The position numbers and the translations under genes are program-made. 32,000 bases of DNA, taken from the NCBI GenBank assembly GCA_027460535.1, contig JAPZAR010000010.1, positions 120,001-152,000 on the forward strand. Direction: 5' to 3'. The DNA is from Candidatus Methanoperedens sp. (GTDB lineage Archaea > Halobacteriota > Methanosarcinia > Methanosarcinales > Methanoperedenaceae). A model generated the notes under the pieces. The model was given only the letters and a program-made list of their open reading frames with translations, was not told where the DNA came from and made no database searches. Position 1 is the stretch's first letter; every line of letters starts with the position of its first letter. Shown piece by piece: positions 27,522 to 32,000 of the stretch.

Positions 27522-28688
27522 CTATTTTTTCTCTGCCTTCTCTTTATGTACTTTATTTCTCAGGCTTCTGTATACCGTTATAATCGTCACCAGAGACCCT
27601 ATTGTCGTCCCTATGATCACAAGAGGCTTGGCGTAGGTGTCAAGCCACTCGCTTACTGTTTTCTCTTTCACATAGATATTTAACGGCTCAGAATATTTCG
27701 TATAATTGTTAAAATTCACATCTTTGTAATCCGCTTTTGCGGCATCGAACGAGCATAAACCCGGCGAATTCAGGTTCACGATGTAGGTAATGACCTTTTG
27801 TTCATCGGGCTGCAGATCGCCACTCCAGTTGTTGTTACCCTGAGAAACTGCGGCGCATGCTGGTATCGGATCTGTCAGAGAAATGTTTATTGCCTCTGAT
27901 GAACCATCATTTTTCACTTTCAGGGTTATAACTGCACCTTCATCCACCTGGGCTGTAGATTTATCAACGTTCTTTTCTATGGTCAGGTGTGGTTCATGCA
28001 TGGGTTTTGAAGAAACAAGAACCCTGACCTCATCGGAAAACTTTGAAAACTTATTCCCCGCGGAATCAGCAAAGGTTATTCGGGAAGGGTTAAATATGCA
28101 TAATCCGGCTTTCGTAGCGCTGACCTCATAATCCAGTATCCTGCTCTCACTGCTTTCCAGTTCGCCGGACCATGACATTGTTCCATTCACGAGCACGGCA
28201 CAGTCAGGTAGAGAGTCATTCAGATTCACATTGAAAGCTTTGATAGTGCCGCTGTTTTTAATTTTGATTATGATATCTATTTTCTCGTCTGCTGCAATGG
28301 ATGAACTTGACACTTCTTTTGTGATGGTCACATCGGGAGGAGTAATTACGAAAGCTGTGTATCGAGCGATGATATTTGTTTGGTTGCCTGCTGATATACT
28401 TACTGTCTGGTTCTCAGGGCTTTCGTATCCTTCCACATTACCGAATGAGACCAGATACACGCCTACCGGATAAGATGCATTGTAGTAAAGGCCGCTTCCC
28501 ACTACCTGGTTATCTAAATAGATTGCTCCATCTACCGGTATGGTTATTATTTTCAAAAAGCCCGACGCATTGACCTGCGTTATAGGGAATGTGTTATTGT
28601 CTGTAACTGTTAAATTATTCTCGGCAGAAGCTATCGATAACACAGATAATAAAATCAAAAAAATCAGACTCGCCTTTAGGTAGACCAC
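27522..28688 (-). CDS. Secreted, C-terminally anchored surface protein: PEGA-like domain plus two DUF11/CARDB-like repeats
   Basis: GTG start. Signal peptide MVYLKASLIFLILLSVLSIASA, PEGA-like ITIPVDGAIYLDNQVVG...GVYLVSFGNVEGY, two paralogous ~105-aa repeats each with two Cys, about a dozen N-x-S/T sequons, and a terminal TM plus basic tail. Confidence 0.7.
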   Translation of the reverse strand: MVYLKASLIFLILLSVLSIASAENNLTVTDNNTFPITQVNASGFLKIITIPVDGAIYLDNQVVGSGLYYNASYPVGVYLVSFGNVEGYESPENQTVSISAGNQTNIIARYTAFVITPPDVTITKEVSSSSIAADEKIDIIIKIKNSGTIKAFNVNLNDSLPDCAVLVNGTMSWSGELESSESRILDYEVSATKAGLCIFNPSRITFADSAGNKFSKFSDEVRVLVSSKPMHEPHLTIEKNVDKSTAQVDEGAVITLKVKNDGSSEAINISLTDPIPACAAVSQGNNNWSGDLQPDEQKVITYIVNLNSPGLCSFDAAKADYKDVNFNNYTKYSEPLNIYVKEKTVSEWLDTYAKPLVIIGTTIGSLVTIITVYRSLRNKVHKEKAEKK

Positions 28689-28791
28689 TCTCCATATTAT
28701 ACATATAAATTTACATAAACTTATGGTATGATGGAAATTTGTACATGCTTCATGGCACAGTCTGATAAATGAGCATGGGATTTAGCTCATT

Positions 28792-28989
28792 TCACTTCAT
28801 ATCAAACTTTTCGAACCGCTCTTTCTTTGCCCTGCATATCGGACAAAGGTCAGGGGGCTCTTCCCGCGCGCAGAGATATCCGCATACGGTGCACCTGTAA
28901 ACTTCGGTCATTTCTTTTCCTCCTGCTCCTTTTTGTTCTAAAATGCTTGGATAACCTTTCTCATAATACTCCTGCGAGCGCCGCTCCAT
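28792..28989 (-). CDS. Free-standing rubredoxin-like small protein, a duplicate of the FDR C-terminal module (possibly a gene remnant)
   Basis: 65 aa, MERRSQEYYEKGYPSILEQKGAGGKEMTEVYRCTVCGYLCAREEPPDLCPICRAKKERFEKFDMK. 55 of 64 aligned residues are identical to the C-terminus of the 30408..30905 product. Both CxxC pairs are intact. AGGA lies 6 nt upstream of the ATG. Confidence 0.5.
   Translation of the reverse strand: MERRSQEYYEKGYPSILEQKGAGGKEMTEVYRCTVCGYLCAREEPPDLCPICRAKKERFEKFDMK
28795..28987. repeat. Direct repeat copy A (pairs with 30411-30603)
   Basis: Hand alignment at a constant offset of 1616 nt gives 19 mismatches in 193 positions, no indels, and a perfect 85-nt block at 28823-28907. 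Confidence 0.9.
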
Positions 28990-29042
28990 GACATATCCTT
29001 GCTTCCTGATAATGTATTCTTCTAACTCCTAAATCAAATCTT

Positions 29043-29474
29043 CTATGATGCCAATACAATTACATCAATTTCACTTTTCAAGCGTTCAAAAGCTGAATCT
29101 GTAGTTACTATCAGTGCTTCTTCTCGTTTTGCAATTGCTGCCAATAATAAATCAGCTGCCCCGAGTCCCCCGTATCTACTCCCAATTTCTATGGCTTGCC
29201 TGTGTATTTCTTCGTTTTCGTAGATTACCTGCCAGGATGATTTAAGAATCATTTCCAAAACATTAAAAGCCACTCCAATACCTTCATTCTTGGCAATCCA
29301 TACAAGATGCTCGGTCAGGATTACACGCGGAATCGATAGCTGCGTTCCAGCTTCGACGTCTGAAAAACATTTCTTAATTGTTTGGATGGTAGGATGATAT
29401 GAAATCTTCTGTATGGCAGGGTCGTTGATGTTCCGCCATATCTGATAGATATTGGTGTCAAAAGCGTACTTCAT
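29043..29474 (-). CDS. vapC: PIN-domain toxin VapC
   Basis: MKYAFDTNIY carries the N-terminal acidic DTN motif, and IVTTDSAFERL is the C-terminal PIN motif. 143 aa. The ATG overlaps the vapB stop (29471-29474). Confidence 0.85.
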   Translation of the reverse strand: MKYAFDTNIYQIWRNINDPAIQKISYHPTIQTIKKCFSDVEAGTQLSIPRVILTEHLVWIAKNEGIGVAFNVLEMILKSSWQVIYENEEIHRQAIEIGSRYGGLGAADLLLAAIAKREEALIVTTDSAFERLKSEIDVIVLAS

Positions 29475-29734
29475 TCCTCCCCCGGCATATCCTTTTTGCC
29501 TGCTTTGTCGATGTTCCGCTCAAATATCAGGGATTTTTTGAGCGTACCTTTTGTCACTTTTTCAAGCTGAAGATTGAAAACGCTTGTTTTTTGTTTGGTA
29601 AGTATAAGAGTGTGATTTTTTACCCCAAGGATTAACTTATCATGAGGATGTATGCCGATTTCTTCACGGATTTTCTCAGGTATTAATATCCTTCCATTGG
29701 CATCTACCTCGGCAATTTCGACTTCGGAACTCAT
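29471..29734 (-). CDS. vapB: AbrB/SpoVT-type antitoxin VapB
   Basis: EVDANGRILIPEKIREEIGIHPHDKLILGV is a swapped-hairpin AbrB-like motif. I prefer ATG 29734 (87 aa) because a TATA-like box lies inside the longer track ORF. Confidence 0.8.
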   Translation of the reverse strand: MSSEVEIAEVDANGRILIPEKIREEIGIHPHDKLILGVKNHTLILTKQKTSVFNLQLEKVTKGTLKKSLIFERNIDKAGKKDMPGEE

Positions 29735-29758
29735 ATTATGGATATTATGACTGGCGGG

Positions 29759-29772
29759 TATATAAATAAATG
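29759..29772 (-). promoter_or_regulatory. TATA-like box (minus strand TTTATTTATATA) about 30 nt upstream of vapB ATG 29734
   Basis: The spacing implies a leaderless or very short-leader vapBC transcript. Confidence 0.4.
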
Positions 29773-29921
29773 GTGCAGTCGGCATTATCTCTGGATAAGA
29801 TAATGCTGCTGAACATCGGCGCCGCCTGTGAGGTGATGGGAGGGTGGGTTTTAGAAGAGGTCTGTTGCAGGTTCTAATCTTTGGTTATAAGTCGCCAGAT
29901 TATCTTTTAAGATGATGGGAA

Positions 29922-30332
29922 TCAAGGCGGTGTGATATAAACAAAACCTCCACGTACTTTTTTAACTGGCGTTCCATCAAGTTTTTCGAAATCTCCAATC
30001 TCTCGAGGAGTTCTCAACCTTTCGAATTTAGATATTTTAATCCAGGTAGAACTTGGATCATGTTTCCCACCATCTGAAAAATATCCATTAAAGCACTGTT
30101 GCCTGAAAGGAGGAATAAATTGATGTTCATTTTTCATTTCTTTTAATCTATCCCTGCTTATCACCCACTCCACTTTGCACTTCCACTCGACATTCCCAGA
30201 AATGGTGGTATAAACATACCCATCAAAAGGTCCTTTCAACTCTGTTCTTTTTGCCGCAGAATCCCAATAAACAGCGCCCTTTTTTCTTAGGAACCTTAGA
30301 TTTTCTTCTACATCAGCCTCTTCACGAGGCAT
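29922..30332 (-). CDS. Hypothetical protein, 136 aa, no family recognised
   Basis: ATG-initiated ORF between the repeat copies. It contains P35-F-D37 ... E49-W-K51, a loosely PD-(D/E)xK-like spacing, and a basic C-terminal segment KVRGGFVYITPP. Confidence 0.55.
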   Translation of the reverse strand: MPREEADVEENLRFLRKKGAVYWDSAAKRTELKGPFDGYVYTTISGNVEWKCKVEWVISRDRLKEMKNEHQFIPPFRQQCFNGYFSDGGKHDPSSTWIKISKFERLRTPREIGDFEKLDGTPVKKVRGGFVYITPP

Positions 30333-30407
30333 ACCTGGCCCAGCCTCATTTAGATTGGCTGGCCATAAAATCGCATTTGTATATCTTCCCCCTTCAATTT
30401 ATGCACA

Positions 30408-30905
30408 TTACGTCATCTCAAACTTTTCGAACCTCTCCTTCTTTGCCCTGCATATCGGACAAAGGTCAGGGGGCTCTTCCCGCGCGCAGAGATATCCGCA
30501 TACGGTGCACCTGTAAACTTCGGCCATTTCATTTCCTCCTGCTCCTTCTTGTTCTGCCATAGCCGGATAGCCTTTCTCATAATATTCCTGCGGCCTCCGC
30601 TCCGGAATGGGATTGCGCGGCTTCTTACCTGCGATCCAGTCATCGCTCACATAAAGAACGCACAGGCAGCAGCCATACTCCACGATATCGGCATCGCGGT
30701 AGTTGCACGGGCAGACGATATCCATATCATCTGCAAGGACACCGCCTGCCATCCTGCAGGGACACGATGGGTATCCGTACCTGTGGATATTCTCCCACAG
30801 GCCATCGAGGACATCATCAAGTTCCTGCTGGACAGGGTTGAACTGGTAGCCCTCCTCTTCCGCGATCTTTTTCATTTCATCGAACATGTCATCAATATTT
30901 CTCAT
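30408..30905 (-). CDS. FTR-like ferredoxin:disulfide reductase (FTR catalytic-subunit domain fused to C-terminal rubredoxin), FDR type
   Basis: SCPCRMAGGV...VCPCNYRDADIVEYGCCLCVLYV matches the CPC...CPC...CxC FTRc pattern. The C-terminal YRCTVCGYLC...CPICRAKKE is rubredoxin-like. The architecture matches the FDR described in Methanosarcina acetivorans. Confidence 0.85.
   Translation of the reverse strand: MRNIDDMFDEMKKIAEEEGYQFNPVQQELDDVLDGLWENIHRYGYPSCPCRMAGGVLADDMDIVCPCNYRDADIVEYGCCLCVLYVSDDWIAGKKPRNPIPERRPQEYYEKGYPAMAEQEGAGGNEMAEVYRCTVCGYLCAREEPPDLCPICRAKKERFEKFEMT
30411..30603. repeat. Direct repeat copy B (pairs with 28795-28987)
   Basis: See copy A. The perfect block is 30439-30523. 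Confidence 0.9.
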
Positions 30906-31156
30906 AACCCGAGTGCCTCTTTCAATTCATCCTCGTAGAACCCCACGATCACTTTTTTCCCGATCACGATCGTAGGAAAACGCAAGCCACCGCTGAGTTT
31001 CATTACCTCTGCACGGATTTCATCCCTCTCTTTGCCATCCAATTTATCCACGTCCACATAGTCATAATCAATCCCGTGTTCTTTCAAAAATCGCTTTGTA
31101 GCCCTGCAATGCATGCAGGTGCTAAGCGTGTAGAGTTTTGCTTTTATCTTTTTCAT
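30902..31156 (-). CDS. Glutaredoxin-like / NrdH-like small thiol-disulfide oxidoreductase
   Basis: 84 aa. KLYTLSTCMHCRATKRFL carries the CxxC motif, followed by FPTIVIGKKVIVGF, giving a thioredoxin-fold layout. ATGA overlaps at both ends. Confidence 0.85.
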   Translation of the reverse strand: MKKIKAKLYTLSTCMHCRATKRFLKEHGIDYDYVDVDKLDGKERDEIRAEVMKLSGGLRFPTIVIGKKVIVGFYEDELKEALGL

Positions 31157-32000
31157 GGTCCGTGCATCTCCTTATGTTCCTCGGTAACAGCATGATGCTC
31201 TTCCGGCAATTCAATTTCGCATACTTCCGGTGCGCCTTTTTCATTATAGTGCAGGTTCCATTTCTTGCAGACCCACATCTGGAGCGTCTTTATGTCTTCC
31301 TCGCTCATGTGCCTGAACCTGCCCTGCATCATGATATAATCTTTAACTGATTTCATTTTCCCTGGTTTATAGGTGATCCTTTTCTCACCGTTCTCAACTT
31401 CGTACAAAGTCCACATCCCGCTCTCAACCGCGCGCTTTGTGACTTCCACGGTCTTGGAAGGGTCCATCTTCCATCCAGGAATGCATGGCGTGAACATGTG
31501 GAGGAAGCGGAAGCCTTTGATATCCTTAGCCTTCTCGACCTTCCTTATGAAATCAAGAGGATGGCCGATGGAAAGCGTTGCATAATATGGTATCTCATGT
31601 GCTACCACGATATCACCAAGGTTTTTCTTGAAACGCCTGTTCCCCTGGATCTTGCTGCCTACCGGGGTGGTCGTGGTCCACGCGCCGAACGGCGTCCCTC
31701 CGCTTCGCTGTATCCCTGTGTTCATGTACGCCTCGTTATCAAGACATATGTAAAGCACATCATCATTGCGCTCCGCCGCTCCTGACATACTCTGCAGGCC
31801 TATGTCATATGTCCCGCCGTCACCGGCAAACCCGACAGTAATGACTTTTTTTCCTTTTTGCTCAAATGCCGCCTGCATGCCCGTCAGGCATGCGCCTGTG
31901 TTCTCAAATGCCGTGTGGAAAAAAGGCACTTTCCATGCACCGTACGGGAATGTGGTACCGAACACAACTGCACAACTTGCGGGGACATACACAGATGTCT
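31153..32000 (-). CDS. 2-oxoacid:ferredoxin oxidoreductase beta (TPP-binding) subunit, PorB/VorB-like (partial; N-terminus beyond the right edge)
   Basis: TFPYGAWKVPFFHTAFENTGA, TPP motif GFAGDGGTYDIGLQSMSGAAERNDDVLYICLDNEAYMNTGIQRSG. The frame stays open upstream of the track start (GTG 31992) to the window edge. Confidence 0.9.
   Translation of the reverse strand, partial: TSVYVPASCAVVFGTTFPYGAWKVPFFHTAFENTGACLTGMQAAFEQKGKKVITVGFAGDGGTYDIGLQSMSGAAERNDDVLYICLDNEAYMNTGIQRSGGTPFGAWTTTTPVGSKIQGNRRFKKNLGDIVVAHEIPYYATLSIGHPLDFIRKVEKAKDIKGFRFLHMFTPCIPGWKMDPSKTVEVTKRAVESGMWTLYEVENGEKRITYKPGKMKSVKDYIMMQGRFRHMSEEDIKTLQMWVCKKWNLHYNEKGAPEVCEIELPEEHHAVTEEHKEMHGP

Noticed and set aside
28990-30407. Search for an integrase, transposase, terminal inverted repeats or a tRNA target that would define a classical mobile element
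   Set aside because: None was found in any frame. The only short inverted repeat (AAGATAAT at ~29798 / ATTATCTT at ~29899) is 8 bp and lies inside the cassette. The cassette is therefore reported as repeat-bracketed, not as a defined mobile element.
1-32000. In-frame TAG (pyrrolysine) or TGA (selenocysteine) read-through candidates, frameshifted genes, and additional tRNAs (T-loop GGTTCGA-type motifs)
   Set aside because: All confident genes are uninterrupted. The only convincing T-arm motif belongs to tRNA-Cys. Other GTTCGAA-like strings (for example ~12470 and ~15248) sit inside coding frames without cloverleaf pairing.

Overview
Archaeal chromosomal window. I infer a Methanosarcinales/ANME-like methanogen-type euryarchaeon from MptA, the pantoate kinase + phosphopantothenate synthetase CoA route, a thermosome with a GGM tail, an FTR-like FDR and archaeal-type AspRS/PheRS-beta. 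Gene packing is very tight and mostly housekeeping. In order: smc (partial) with a coupled coiled-coil gene, aspS, a SIMPL/DUF541 protein, a 13-unit HEAT-repeat protein, a small cupredoxin-like membrane protein, an HgdC-like activase + HgdB-like partner, mptA, five consecutive CBS-domain genes ending in an overlapping Pab1020-type RNA ligase, a cysteine desulfurase, pantoate kinase/PPS, an orphan P-loop protein, thermosome, tRNA-Cys(GCA), a TrmB regulator divergent from a split RND/MMPL exporter + COG1361 surface protein, pheT, a PEGA/DUF11-like surface protein, and an operon of 2-oxoacid:ferredoxin oxidoreductase beta (partial) + glutaredoxin-like protein + FTR-rubredoxin fusion (FDR). The only clearly accessory segment is about 28.8-30.4 kb. 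There, a ~190-nt direct repeat duplicates the rubredoxin module of the FDR gene. The repeat brackets a low-GC cassette carrying vapBC and an orphan 136-aa gene, with no integrase. The second most unusual architecture is the six-gene CBS(x18 motifs)-RNA ligase operon. I saw no CRISPR array, rRNA, transposase or integrase. All function calls rest on motif and family recognition by eye; no searches were run.
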